NCBI GenBank assembly: GCA_035559595.1
Contig: DATMBF010000005.1
Coordinates: forward strand, 100,905-164,904
Direction of reading: 5' to 3'
DNA: 64,000 nucleotides
DNA from: Bacteroidota bacterium
GTDB lineage: Bacteria; Bacteroidota; Ignavibacteria; UBA10030
Program-made: the position numbers and the translations under genes
Shown: positions 1 to 9,582 of the stretch, piece after piece
How positions within the stretch are numbered: the stretch's first letter is position 1
Layout: each line of letters opens with the position of its first letter
Notes under the pieces: generated by a model
What the model saw: only the letters and a program-made list of their open reading frames with translations
What the model was told of the DNA's origin: nothing
Databases searched by the model: none

Positions 1-375
1 TGCCACCACATCAAGCACCTTTTCGAGGTGTTCGTGGTGCGCATGTTCAGCCTGGATTTGAGCGATGGAACGTTCCATGAAGAGCTTTGTGGGAAAGCGG
101 ACCATCTGCATGAGCTCAATGTTCGCATACATCGCTTCGCTGAAACGAAAGCCCGGCATCTCCATCCAGCGGAGGATCAACTCCGGATCATCCAGAGCCC
201 ACCGTTGCGTTACCTTGTGCTCAAACACCGCCATACGAGATACCTGAGCAGCGATCTCCGGATTATTCGAGATCGCCTCGATAATGAGAAACTGTAGGTC
301 TTCCGTCTCTTGCTCTTGTGAGTAGATTGTTGTGAATGCACCGAGAATGAGTGCAAGAAAAAGCACACGAATCAT
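1..375 (-). CDS. Outer-membrane efflux protein, TolC/OprM/CzcC family. N-terminal 125 aa only; the gene runs off the window start.
   Basis: The reverse-strand ORF is open from the ATG at 375 to position 1 with no stop. The N-terminus is MIRVLFLALILGAFTTIYSQEQETEDLQFLIIEAISNNPEIAAQV: a signal peptide followed by the 'L..EAI..AL.NNPEL' motif typical of TolC-like N-termini. It is absent from the ORF track because no stop codon lies in the window. Confidence 0.5.
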   Translation of the reverse strand, partial: MIRVLFLALILGAFTTIYSQEQETEDLQFLIIEAISNNPEIAAQVSRMAVFEHKVTQRWALDDPELILRWMEMPGFRFSEAMYANIELMQMVRFPTKLFMERSIAQIQAEHAHHEHLEKVLDVVA

Positions 376-458
376 ACGTGCTCCTTTGAAAGTAAAGTCT
401 GATCGAGGTAAACGATTACACTACTTCAGCGAAGGAAGCTGAGGACAGCAGAGGAATC

Positions 459-854
459 TTAGAGCAGGAGACTGGCGTGGAGAAGGAAGAGTGGTTCAGA
501 CGGTGGTAACGCGGTGACCTGAAGCGAGGTGGTTGAAGCGAAGAAACCGGATAAAAAACTGTAATCGGCGACAATATCAACGATGAGAGTGAGGATTCGC
601 TCGGAATCACCATGGCTGCGATCACTTTTGAGGTAGGGAGTGGTGTTCCGTTCCGCGATGATAATCTTGCCGCAGCAATCTGGTGTTTGCGACGAAACCG
701 CAATGCCGCTTGACGGGGGAGCAGACATCTCGCACGTCGGTTGCTCAGCACTCATCATCGGGCAGAGGTACGTTACAATGGGGAGCCCGACGCTAAAGAG
801 CGTGAGCGACGCGATGAGGGTTGTTGCCGTGAAGAGGTTCAGTTTTGATTGCAT
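459..854 (-). CDS. Hypothetical small protein with a hydrophobic N-terminus and clustered Cys (C..C, CC); possibly the first gene of the efflux operon.
   Basis: A 131-aa ORF on the same strand, immediately upstream of the TolC-like gene. Its hydrophobic N-terminal segment is followed by an S/P-rich low-complexity stretch. No family recognised. Confidence 0.25.
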   Translation of the reverse strand: MQSKLNLFTATTLIASLTLFSVGLPIVTYLCPMMSAEQPTCEMSAPPSSGIAVSSQTPDCCGKIIIAERNTTPYLKSDRSHGDSERILTLIVDIVADYSFLSGFFASTTSLQVTALPPSEPLFLLHASLLL

Positions 855-1107
855 ACGAAAGTTCTAACGTGAAACGGTGCCAGAATGTTTCACCTTCAAC
901 ATTCGGGCCATTCTAATCTTAGGAAAATTGGCATTGATTCGCAAGTCCGGCGGGATTCTTCCCATAAATGGGAAAATAAGGGCCAAGGCAATGCCCAAAA
1001 CTGCGAAAGGGTGTGGTAAGGAAATCTGAAAGAAAGGCTTTTTCGCCCATCTTCATCAGCACAGTTGCATGGTTGATGAATGTCATTCGCAAATTCCATT
1101 AGACCGC

Positions 1108-1866
1108 CTACAACGTCCGTCCCCAGGATTTCGGATAGGGGTCGCGCAGTTGCACGGGAGCTGTTGTCGTTTTTCGAAGGCGCAGATTGAGCATCTCGAC
1201 AAAGACAGAAAAGGCCATGGAGAAATAAATATACCCTTTTGGAATATGTTGGTCGAATCCCTCGGCAACGAGTGTAACGCCGATGAGAAGAAGAAAGGCG
1301 AGCGCGAGCATTTTCACCGTGGGACGTCGATGGACGAAATCGCTGATCGCGCGGGCTGAGAACATCATAAAAACGACGGCAAGAATAACAGCGGCAATCA
1401 TCACGCCAAGCCTGTCGGTCATGCCAATTGCTGTGATGACGGAATCGAGAGAAAACACAATATCGAGGAGAATGATTTGAAGGATAACACTCCCGAAGGA
1501 TGCAACGTTGACAGCCTTTCCTCCCGACTCTTCGCCTTCGAGTTTGTTATGAATTTCGTGTGTGCTCTTGGCGATAAGGAAAAGTCCCCCAATGATGAGG
1601 ATGATATCTCGTCCGGATATGTCGTTGCCGAAGAGCGTGAAGATCGGTTGGGTGAGGCGCATGATCAGCGTGAGAGAAAAGAGGAGAGCAACGCGCGTGA
1701 TCATCGCAAGAGCAAGGCCGATTGTTCTGGCTCGTTGCTGTTGATGCTCTGGAAGTCTACCGGAGAGGATTGAGATAAAAATAATGTTGTCGATTCCGAG
1801 AACGATTTCGAGCGCAGTAAGGGTGGCGAGAGCCACCCACATGCCGGGATCGGTTAACCATGTCAT
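1108..1866 (-). CDS. TerC family integral membrane protein (Alx/YkoY-like)
   Basis: A 252-aa multi-TM protein. The motifs 'LEIVLGIDNIIFISIL' and 'DIVFSLDSVITAIGM' are TerC hallmarks (two DN/DS-containing helices). Confidence 0.8.
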   Translation of the reverse strand: MTWLTDPGMWVALATLTALEIVLGIDNIIFISILSGRLPEHQQQRARTIGLALAMITRVALLFSLTLIMRLTQPIFTLFGNDISGRDIILIIGGLFLIAKSTHEIHNKLEGEESGGKAVNVASFGSVILQIILLDIVFSLDSVITAIGMTDRLGVMIAAVILAVVFMMFSARAISDFVHRRPTVKMLALAFLLLIGVTLVAEGFDQHIPKGYIYFSMAFSVFVEMLNLRLRKTTTAPVQLRDPYPKSWGRTL

Positions 1867-1915
1867 GATTGAGTCCGAATGAATAGAGTGAGGGAAGTTA
1901 TGGTTGGGGTCAGTG

Positions 1916-2719
1916 TTATTCCAGAATAGTTATCTCGTCGCCAATATTGATCCTCCCCATGTTTTCGTGAATCAGATTCTGTCCGAACATCACCTTGCCA
2001 CCGCGATTGCGAAATGTGGCAAGAGTCCTGAGCGGTTCCTCGCTCCTGTTTCCGGTTTCCTGGTCAACCGTCGTAATGCTGCATCGGTCACACAGTTTCG
2101 CCGATCGAAAGCGAACCGCCCCGATCTCGATCGTCTTCCACTCGTCCTCGGCATAGGGTTGAACGCCTTTGACCACAATATTGGGCCGAAAGCGGTTTAT
2201 TGACAGAGGATTGGAGAGACGATTATTGAGGTCGTTAAGAGATTCCTGTGAGATCAGAAGAAAAGGAAAGCCATCGGCAAAGCTGACGACTTCTCCAGAA
2301 TGCTGGAATTCGGGGGGAACAGGACGGCGAGATTCATCCGGCATGTAAACGAGACGACACCGGATCCCCAGGAATTCGTTGAGCAATCGGTCCGCCTCGC
2401 AACTCACCAACGTCGCAGGCACGGTGTTGTGCCAAATCGTGGCGGGAAAAAGGGATTGAGTTTTGGGAGAAAGAGGAACGGATATCGAAAAGGCATTATT
2501 GACTGAGAGGACCAACGATCCGCATTCTATCGCTGTGTGAATCAGTGCCATGCGGGGATGGATGCGTTGAGTGAGAAAAACGTTGTCCTCGTCAACGATC
2601 ATGAACCGGCGATCGTGTTGAAATCCGCGTTCGACGACGTTGCCAGCCAGAATGGAGATCCCCCTGCACGATTTGACGGGATAGATGTAGAGCTGTGCCA
2701 CGGTCATGAGATCGGTCAC
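1916..2719 (-). CDS. MOSC domain-containing protein (YcbX-like; MOSC beta-barrel plus MOSC domain)
   Basis: The 267-aa protein starts 'LYIYPVKSCRG' (MOSC N-terminal beta barrel) and has a conserved Cys near the C-terminus (CDRCSITTVD). Confidence 0.7.
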   Translation of the reverse strand: MTDLMTVAQLYIYPVKSCRGISILAGNVVERGFQHDRRFMIVDEDNVFLTQRIHPRMALIHTAIECGSLVLSVNNAFSISVPLSPKTQSLFPATIWHNTVPATLVSCEADRLLNEFLGIRCRLVYMPDESRRPVPPEFQHSGEVVSFADGFPFLLISQESLNDLNNRLSNPLSINRFRPNIVVKGVQPYAEDEWKTIEIGAVRFRSAKLCDRCSITTVDQETGNRSEEPLRTLATFRNRGGKVMFGQNLIHENMGRINIGDEITILE

Positions 2720-3195
2720 CAGCCCATTTTCTTCCGGAGTTCCGTGATTTGTCCCACGTGATTCTCACCGTGTTTGGAGTACGTGACGAGAAGACTCTGC
2801 AGGGTAATCGGTCCACTTTCGGGGTGAACTCCCCTGCGGTCCCAATCTGCTTCCGACCGTGACCTCAGGAGCGCCGTCATTCTTGCATGCAGGCCCTTGA
2901 GAATCAGGATTGAGCTCTGAATCGGGTGCGATTTCCCGTCCGGCAGATCTGCCCATTTCTCTTGATCGTAAGGTTTGATAGTGGGGTTCTCCTCGGTGAG
3001 GAGCAACTTCATTCTCGTCCAGGCATTCAAATGAGAATCGGCAAGGTGATGGACGACCTGTCGTACCGTCCAGCCGCCATCTCTGTAGGGTGTGTCGAGT
3101 TGACTGTCGGCAAGACCACGAACTGCCTCTTCGACTTGATCGGGAAGTCGTTCGATTTTTACTATCATAGCATCTCGTTCCGCTTTTGTCAGCAT
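2716..3195 (-). CDS. DinB_2/YfiT family metal-dependent hydrolase; bacillithiol S-transferase BstA-like
   Basis: Strong similarity to B. subtilis YfiT across the core: 'LDTPYRDGGWTVRQVVHHLADSHLN', 'PYDQEKWADL' and a C-terminal 'HVGQITELRKKMGW' (the H..H..H metal triad). Confidence 0.8.
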   Translation of the reverse strand: MLTKAERDAMIVKIERLPDQVEEAVRGLADSQLDTPYRDGGWTVRQVVHHLADSHLNAWTRMKLLLTEENPTIKPYDQEKWADLPDGKSHPIQSSILILKGLHARMTALLRSRSEADWDRRGVHPESGPITLQSLLVTYSKHGENHVGQITELRKKMGW

Positions 3196-3380
3196 CGTTC
3201 AATCCTTTCCGGAGAAGACCTCATCGTTCATTTTTTGAAGCGTCAGAACAATGGATGTCATGAAGTAGCTGCAACCTTCAGTTGCGATTTCTCACAAGTT
3301 CGCAGGCTGAAGCCTTCGGCACCGCGCGCTTCAGACGTTCATATTAAAAGGCCTCTTCGTGTATTCTTCCTATTCTCCCT

Positions 3381-4718
3381 TCACTTAACCCTTTTGCCAT
3401 GTTTTATCACCATATCCACGCGCTGCAACAGCGTAATATATCTCAACACATCTCCCTTCAACGCAATGATGTCGGCGTACTTTCCTTCACTCACGGTTCC
3501 GTAGTCTTTATCGACTTTCATCGCAACGGCAGGCCAGTACGTCGCAGCACGGATGGCTTCCATCGGCTCAACGCCAAGCTTGTTGACCCAGATATCGAGC
3601 TCATTCCAAGTGGATTGGCTATGGAATTTCATCGGAATGCCGCTGTCCGTTCCGATCAGGAGAACGACACCGGATTCTTTAAGCTGCTGAAATTTTCGCG
3701 TCAATGTTGGTCGTCGGCTCGGTGTAATCTGGAAGTAGGAAAGGCGGTCGGGATAGGCGATTGATGTCTTGATATCCTGAATGATCGAATCCGGCAGGCC
3801 GAGATGCCATGACGTCTCGTCAAGCTTCTCGGGGTTATCGCGAATGTACTCATAGTTGAAAAGTCCCTCGATCGTCGGCGTCCAGAAAAGGGGTCCAAGA
3901 TTCATCTTGGCGGTACGCTCACGAATCATCTCTATGATGTCCGGTGGATACTCCGGCGCTGTTGCCAATCCCGTATGTTCGAAGCAATCGATGCCGGCCG
4001 CTAAGCCGCGTCGAATTTCCTCGGGACGATGAGAGTGTGCAACTACCGGCAGTTTGTACTTATGCGCTTCATCGACGACGGCATTCACCTCATCCATTGT
4101 CATTTGGTCATGATCGATCAGTTTGATGCAATCGACCCCGGCTTGCGCGAGTCTTCGGACTTTTGCTCGCGCATCCGCGGCTCCGTTCACTCCCCAACGA
4201 AACAACTCTGTCCCGGGATATGGAGCTTTCTGGATGAAGGGGCCTGAAACGTAGAGCGTCGGACCTGGAATCCTTCCTTCTCGAATCGCATTCCGTACAT
4301 TGATACTCGCTTCGAGCGGGGCGCCTAAGTCCCTTGCGCTTGTCACCCCAGCCATCAACAGCTGTCGCGCAGAGGCGGGCATGATGATCGATTCGAAGAC
4401 AGCGGGATACTTCTTGTCCCAATGTGAATAATCGGCATGCCCGTTGATCATTAAATGCACGTGCATATCCCAGAGTCCGGGGAGGATGGTCATCCCTTCT
4501 GTTGAGATAACTTCCGCTCCATCTGGGATCCTCATCCCAACGCGTCCGACAGCCTTTATCCGCTCCCCTTCAATGATAATGACGCTGTTCTGAATCGGTT
4601 TCCCACCGAAACCATCAATGAGCGTTCCACCCACCAATGCTTTGAGGTTTTGAGAAAGGATGGGACAGAGAGGAAGTATGGCAAGAATGAGGACGGCGAG
4701 GATTCTGATCGCATTCAT
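3381..4718 (-). CDS. Secreted amidohydrolase family protein (metal-dependent hydrolase)
   Basis: The start was reassigned to MNAIRILAVLILAIL (signal peptide), which has an AAGGAGG RBS 5 nt upstream. It carries the 'DMHVHLMINGHADY' metal-binding motif and an 'HS...EE' region typical of the amidohydrolase fold. Confidence 0.8.
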   Translation of the reverse strand: MNAIRILAVLILAILPLCPILSQNLKALVGGTLIDGFGGKPIQNSVIIIEGERIKAVGRVGMRIPDGAEVISTEGMTILPGLWDMHVHLMINGHADYSHWDKKYPAVFESIIMPASARQLLMAGVTSARDLGAPLEASINVRNAIREGRIPGPTLYVSGPFIQKAPYPGTELFRWGVNGAADARAKVRRLAQAGVDCIKLIDHDQMTMDEVNAVVDEAHKYKLPVVAHSHRPEEIRRGLAAGIDCFEHTGLATAPEYPPDIIEMIRERTAKMNLGPLFWTPTIEGLFNYEYIRDNPEKLDETSWHLGLPDSIIQDIKTSIAYPDRLSYFQITPSRRPTLTRKFQQLKESGVVLLIGTDSGIPMKFHSQSTWNELDIWVNKLGVEPMEAIRAATYWPAVAMKVDKDYGTVSEGKYADIIALKGDVLRYITLLQRVDMVIKHGKRVK

Positions 4719-4759
4719 AATTTCCTCCTTGAGAAGCGAAATGTCAGGGGAAAAAAGTC

Positions 4760-5203
4760 TCAGTGTATCGAGAAGCTGGGCATAAGCGACGTGGCAACGA
4801 GAAAGAATCGGCCGATGACGCAATCGAACATATCGCCATTATCACGCTGCATCTGATAGGTTCCTTCCATCGTTCCCCATTCGGTTTGAAGCGGACAGAA
4901 GCTGTCATACTCGAACGATTCACCGGGCTCAAGGCGCGGAGTCTTACCCACGACACCAGGGCCTTTCACATCCTCCTGTTTTCCATCGGCATCAATGATG
5001 ATCCAATGGCGTGAGAGGAGGCGGGCCGGTTCCGTTCCCTCGTTGGTAATCGTGATGTGGTAGCCGAACACGTAACGATGACTTTGCGGATCGGAATGTT
5101 CGGCAAGATATCGTGCTTCCGCACGGACGCGAATTCCGTGTGTAACCGCTTCGGAGTGGAGTGGTTGTTTCATGGCATTCGTTGGAGTAAGCAGTGGGTT
5201 CAA
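4760..5203 (-). CDS. apaG: ApaG (DUF525) domain protein
   Basis: 'VRAEARYLAEHSDPQSHRYVFGYHITITNEGTEPARLLSRHWIIIDADGKQEDVKGPGVVGKTPRLEPGESFEYDS...PLQTEWGTMEGTYQM' matches the ApaG fold signature (GxGVVG, TPxG). Confidence 0.75.
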   Translation of the reverse strand: MNPLLTPTNAMKQPLHSEAVTHGIRVRAEARYLAEHSDPQSHRYVFGYHITITNEGTEPARLLSRHWIIIDADGKQEDVKGPGVVGKTPRLEPGESFEYDSFCPLQTEWGTMEGTYQMQRDNGDMFDCVIGRFFLVATSLMPSFSIH

Positions 5204-5246
5204 ATATACTGAGGGAATTCCTTAGTTGCACGACTGTCCGGAGAAC

Positions 5247-6629
5247 TCAAGAATGCCTGTCCGTTTTGATTTTCCGCCGCCAATAGAAGTATGCCGGGAT
5301 CCCCGAGACCATCATCATCGCACCGATGATCGAGTCGCGAGGGTTTTCGACGATTGCGTTCGCAATGAGATAAAAAGAGAACGCGATAAAGAGGCCAGGC
5401 GTGTAAGGATATCCCCACGTCTTGTAGGGGCGATGGACATTCGGCCAACGTTTGCGGAGAAGGAAAACACCGAAGCAGGACATTGCATAAAAGACCCAGG
5501 AAGCGAAAATGACGTAGGTGAAGAGTTGCTCATAGGTACCGGTAAGAACCAGAAAGCATGCCCAGCCCCCTTGAGCGAGAAGCGAAGGGATTGGGGTCTT
5601 GTATTTCGGGTGGACGGTGGCGAGCGATTCAAAGAAGACCCCCTCTTTTGCCATTGCATAGTAAATGCGTGCGCCCGTGAACACGTAGCCATTGTTGGCG
5701 CCAAACGTGGAGAGGATAACAGCGAGGGTGACGAAGGAGGCACCGGCAGGACCCATGATTACGGTCGCGGCGTCTGATGCGACAAGCGTGGATTGAGAAA
5801 GCTGTTCAATCGACAAGACGTAGACATATGCAACGTTGATGAGGAGATAGAGGACAATGATGATGATTGTTGAGAGGATAAGGGATCGATGCACATTGTG
5901 ATCCGGATTCTTCACTTCTCCGGCGACGAAGGTGATTTCAATCCAGCCGTCGTAAGCCCAGAGAACCGCAATCATTGAGATACCGAAGGGACCCAGCATT
6001 GATGTCAATGAATCCGCAGGGAGGAGGGGTTGGAAATTGGTTAGCGATCCACCGCTCAGCATGAAGCTGAAGAGAATCAAGAGGCCCAATGCCGCAATCT
6101 TGGAGAAGGTAAACCCATTCTGAATCCATGCCCCAAGCTTCACGCCAAAACAGTTGATAACAGTCAGAAGAAGAATCGAGGCGATAGCGATTGTTTTGAT
6201 GGCAGTATCATCGAGCGGAATGAAAAAGGCGAGATAGGTGGCAAAAGCAACGGCAATCGCCGAAATCGATCCGGAGATGATCACGACAAAAGCTGACCAG
6301 CCATAGAGGAAACCCCAGAGCGGACTGTAAATTTCGCGGAGGAAAACAAACTGTCCCCCTGCTCTCGGCATCAGCGCGCCAAGCTCCGCAATCGAAAGTG
6401 CTCCGAACAGACTGACCACACCGCCGAGCACCCAGACAAGGAGAATCATCGACGTTGAGGGGAGATGACCTGCAATGGAGGCCGGCACAATGAAGATCGC
6501 AGAGGCGATGATGCTGCCGACATTGATCATCGTGGAGTCGAGAAGGTTGAGCTCACGCCGAAGACCGTTCGACGTATCCGACACGGCCTGCAAACTCTTC
6601 GATTGTGGAGTCAACGACTCAGGAATCAC
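5247..6629 (-). CDS. APC family amino acid permease
   Basis: A 460-aa, roughly 12-TM protein with the N-terminal motif 'LNLLDSTMINVGSIIASAIFIVP' typical of amino acid/polyamine/organocation transporters. Confidence 0.8.
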   Translation of the reverse strand: MIPESLTPQSKSLQAVSDTSNGLRRELNLLDSTMINVGSIIASAIFIVPASIAGHLPSTSMILLVWVLGGVVSLFGALSIAELGALMPRAGGQFVFLREIYSPLWGFLYGWSAFVVIISGSISAIAVAFATYLAFFIPLDDTAIKTIAIASILLLTVINCFGVKLGAWIQNGFTFSKIAALGLLILFSFMLSGGSLTNFQPLLPADSLTSMLGPFGISMIAVLWAYDGWIEITFVAGEVKNPDHNVHRSLILSTIIIIVLYLLINVAYVYVLSIEQLSQSTLVASDAATVIMGPAGASFVTLAVILSTFGANNGYVFTGARIYYAMAKEGVFFESLATVHPKYKTPIPSLLAQGGWACFLVLTGTYEQLFTYVIFASWVFYAMSCFGVFLLRKRWPNVHRPYKTWGYPYTPGLFIAFSFYLIANAIVENPRDSIIGAMMMVSGIPAYFYWRRKIKTDRHS

Positions 6630-7813
6630 GATGCGTTACGTGCGCGTCGGTAGAATTGTTTGAGGAGGGATTGAAAATGATAGACGCCGAGTTCGGTTTC
6701 CGGCGAGAAACGGCCCTTATGGTAGGCAATGGATTCGAGCCCCTTCTGGACCCGTTCACAGATCTCGATGTCTTCAAGCTGAATCTTGTGGCTGTATTCA
6801 ATATCCTGCTCGATCATTCGTAAGGCTTTGGGTGAGCTGATGTCGTCGTAACAATAATCGAAGATGACCCGCGTGTGATTGTGATCCACCGGCAGAACAA
6901 GGTTCGTTTGTAGCCGACCGGGGAGGATATTCAACATGAAGTTCGGAAACACGAAGTAGTAGAATGCTCTCCCATGATCGGCAGAATAGAAATTCTCTCC
7001 TTCGGTAAAAGGGCTGTATTGGAGGGAATAGAAATTGCTCGTCTCCGTCACATAATGGTTATAGTCCAGAAGCTTGGCAAGTTCCGGATGAACGTACGGC
7101 AGGTGGTAGCCTTCAAGATAGTTGTCGATGTAAACCTTCCAGTTGCAGCGAATGTCGTATGTGACTCGTCTGAAGAACGTTTTGGTCTTCAGGTCGAAAG
7201 GCGTGATGCGAGCAGGTATGTCTTTCAGTATTGAGTTGAGCGATGTTGCCGTGCCCGACAAATCCACGAACACCAGACCTTCCCATTCCTCCAATCGAAT
7301 CGGCACCAATCCAAAATCCTTCTTGTCGAAAAGCTCGACACGATTGAATTTCGGGGTGCCACGGAGGCTCCCATCGAGAAGGTACGTCCATCCATGGTAG
7401 TGGCATTGGAGAACTTTTGAGTTGCAATCTTCGATGGCCAGTGGCCCACCTCTATGTCTGCAAACGTTGAAGAATGCCCGGAGCCTATGGTCGTCCCCAC
7501 GAACGACGAGGATCGGATTCCCTGCCGCCTCACCAACAATTTGGTCTCCCGGGTTCTGGAGCTTCGATACATGTCCGACACCTTGCCAAGTTTTGCCAAG
7601 CACGAATCGAAGATCAATCTCATGAAAGCGTGGATCTGTATACCATGTGGATGGAATGGTCTCCGCTTGTTCCAGTGGAGCAAGAGAAAGATCTTCTTCC
7701 GTAAAATCAGGAAGAGATGAACTATGGATTTGCATTTCTTTGGGAGATAGAATAAGCTGGTTGTCGTTGTTCTTCGCGCTGCCCAATGTAGTGACCCGAC
7801 GCAGAAAATGCAA
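6626..7813 (-). CDS. Rieske [2Fe-2S] non-heme iron oxygenase alpha subunit-like (ring-hydroxylating or choline-monooxygenase-like)
   Basis: Rieske motif 'CRHRGGPL...CHYHGWTY' and a downstream mononuclear iron site 'EGYHLPYVHPE'. It overlaps the permease gene by 4 nt. An alternative start is MQIHSSS at 7735. Confidence 0.75.
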   Translation of the reverse strand: MHFLRRVTTLGSAKNNDNQLILSPKEMQIHSSSLPDFTEEDLSLAPLEQAETIPSTWYTDPRFHEIDLRFVLGKTWQGVGHVSKLQNPGDQIVGEAAGNPILVVRGDDHRLRAFFNVCRHRGGPLAIEDCNSKVLQCHYHGWTYLLDGSLRGTPKFNRVELFDKKDFGLVPIRLEEWEGLVFVDLSGTATSLNSILKDIPARITPFDLKTKTFFRRVTYDIRCNWKVYIDNYLEGYHLPYVHPELAKLLDYNHYVTETSNFYSLQYSPFTEGENFYSADHGRAFYYFVFPNFMLNILPGRLQTNLVLPVDHNHTRVIFDYCYDDISSPKALRMIEQDIEYSHKIQLEDIEICERVQKGLESIAYHKGRFSPETELGVYHFQSLLKQFYRRARNAS

Positions 7814-7899
7814 TCGGTCTCGCTTGAATGAAACAACGGTTAGCCGTATAATTGGGGGGGCGGAAACTTCAACGCGTTTTGTTCGTTACAAGAGATCAC

Positions 7900-9420
7900 A
7901 TGCAATTCACGAAGACCATACTGCTTGCAGGTATTGTTGTCCTTGGCTATTCCCCCGCGCACTCTGAGAGTGATGACTGGGCGAAAGTCCATACGCTCAC
8001 GGTTCGCGGCATTGACGAGCTCTACAACCTCGAAATGGAGAAGGCGGATAAGACCTTCGATGAGGTCATTGCCATGGCGCCGAATGATCCACGCGGATAC
8101 TTTTTCAAGGGGATGATTTACTTCTGGACCTACAACCTCAACAAAGATCGGCAGGCGTACGACAAGTTCATGGAGCTCTCTGATCGCGTTATCGTCATCT
8201 GTGAACGTCTTGTAGATCAGAATCCGCACAATGCTTTGGCCAAATTCTACCTCGGCGGCACGTATGGTTATCGCGGACTTGCCTTTCAGCGGAACGGGTC
8301 GTTACTCAAAGCGGCGTGGGACGGCAGGAAGGGTTACTCATACCTGAAGGAGGCGGTCAGCCTCGATTCTACATTGTATGATGCACAGATGGGCTTTGGT
8401 CTCTTCAGCTACCTCGTGGCGAAAGTGCCCAGGTCTTTCCGTTGGATTCTGAATGTGCTTGGCTTCAGCGGCGATCTGGAGGGGGGATTAAATTCACTTC
8501 GATTAGCAGCTGAACGGGGACTCTACACAAAAAGTGAGGCCTCGTTCTTTCTCGCTCAGTTTCTCTTCGTAGAGGAACGATTCGACGAAGCGTACTCTTA
8601 CATGAATGGGCTCCTCAAGAAGCATCCCGAAAACACACTCTTCCTCGTTTTGCATGCGCAATGGGAGTTCCGGCAGGAGCGACTCGAGTCGGCAATGGAA
8701 TCGGCGCGGAAAGCAATTGCGATCAATGAGAGAAAGAAGGTGAAGTTGGGGGATGAGTTCGCCTACAACATTCTCGGCTCGGCCCATTTTGCGCTGAACG
8801 AATACGAGCAGGCAAAAAAGAATTTTGAATCCTACCTCGATCGCGTTGAAAACAAGAGCCAGGTCTTCAACAACACGTACTACCGCCTTGGTCTCTGCTA
8901 TGAAATGCTGGGGCAACGTGAGCGAGCGGTGTGGGCTTATCGGCAGATGCAAAACAGCGACAATCAATGGAATGCCCATTTTTATCGTCGTGGTCAACAG
9001 CGGCTCAAGAGACCGTTGGACGAAATTGACCGTCTGCTCATCCGGGCGGAGAATGCCTCATCGCTCAGGAGATACAAAGAGGCGAATGAGCTCTATGAAC
9101 GCGCCACAAGGTTTCAAAACATCGACTCTGAGCGGCTTGCCCTGGCACTCTACGGCCTGATTCAGGTTTCTTACGAACAGGAACGCTTCGATGATCTTCA
9201 ACGCTATGCGCAGCAACTGTTTGCCTTGAAGGTGCAAGAGGAGCTTTGGGTTGTGCCCCATACGCATTTCCGGTTGGGACAAGCGTATGCCAAGCGCGGA
9301 TTGGTCGCTGAGGCTCGAAGACAGTTTGAAGCTATCGACCGCTACGATAAGTACGATTATCAGATGCGACTGGAAAGCAGAGTGGAGTCAGAACTTGCAA
9401 AATTGGGCGGGGTGAATTAG
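7900..9420 (+). CDS. Secreted TPR repeat protein
   Basis: The start was chosen at MQFTKTILLAGIVVLGYSPAHS (signal peptide); the ORF track start is at 7852. Multiple TPR-like helical repeats follow (e.g. 'YYRLGLCYEMLGQRERAVWAYRQ'). Confidence 0.6.
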   Translation: MQFTKTILLAGIVVLGYSPAHSESDDWAKVHTLTVRGIDELYNLEMEKADKTFDEVIAMAPNDPRGYFFKGMIYFWTYNLNKDRQAYDKFMELSDRVIVICERLVDQNPHNALAKFYLGGTYGYRGLAFQRNGSLLKAAWDGRKGYSYLKEAVSLDSTLYDAQMGFGLFSYLVAKVPRSFRWILNVLGFSGDLEGGLNSLRLAAERGLYTKSEASFFLAQFLFVEERFDEAYSYMNGLLKKHPENTLFLVLHAQWEFRQERLESAMESARKAIAINERKKVKLGDEFAYNILGSAHFALNEYEQAKKNFESYLDRVENKSQVFNNTYYRLGLCYEMLGQRERAVWAYRQMQNSDNQWNAHFYRRGQQRLKRPLDEIDRLLIRAENASSLRRYKEANELYERATRFQNIDSERLALALYGLIQVSYEQERFDDLQRYAQQLFALKVQEELWVVPHTHFRLGQAYAKRGLVAEARRQFEAIDRYDKYDYQMRLESRVESELAKLGGVN

Positions 9421-9582
9421 TGCAGGAGCAAGGAGATTGCCTTCACAGCCATCCCTACTGTGTGCTGAAGGCAACTTCGGCAGACAGGCGATGAATCGGC
9501 TGGCTGCTTTGCTCGAAACCCTTTGGGTGTTGTCGAATAAGGCGTTAACTTTGATGGATGCCGGGGAATTGACAAAACACCA

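Noticed and set aside
28-297. Plus-strand ORFs 28-297 (89 aa) and 65-247 (60 aa)
   Set aside because: They lie antisense inside the open TolC-like reading frame on the minus strand (1-375), which has a signal peptide and family motif. These are shadow ORFs.
896-1099. 67-aa minus-strand ORF between the Cys-rich ORF and the TerC gene
   Set aside because: It has no start context, signal or motif, and lies in a gap that more plausibly holds promoter or terminator sequence.
1867-1915. Possible yybP-ykoY (Mn2+) riboswitch upstream of the TerC-family gene
   Set aside because: The intergenic space between the MOSC gene stop and the TerC start is only about 49 bp, far too short for the riboswitch of 100 nt or more. 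No conserved riboswitch core was seen.
5226-5777. Plus-strand 183-aa ORF and minus-strand 142-aa ORF inside the APC permease gene
   Set aside because: They are alternative frames of a clearly 12-TM transporter gene. Their composition is low-complexity and Arg/Ser-rich, typical of off-frame GC-rich sequence.
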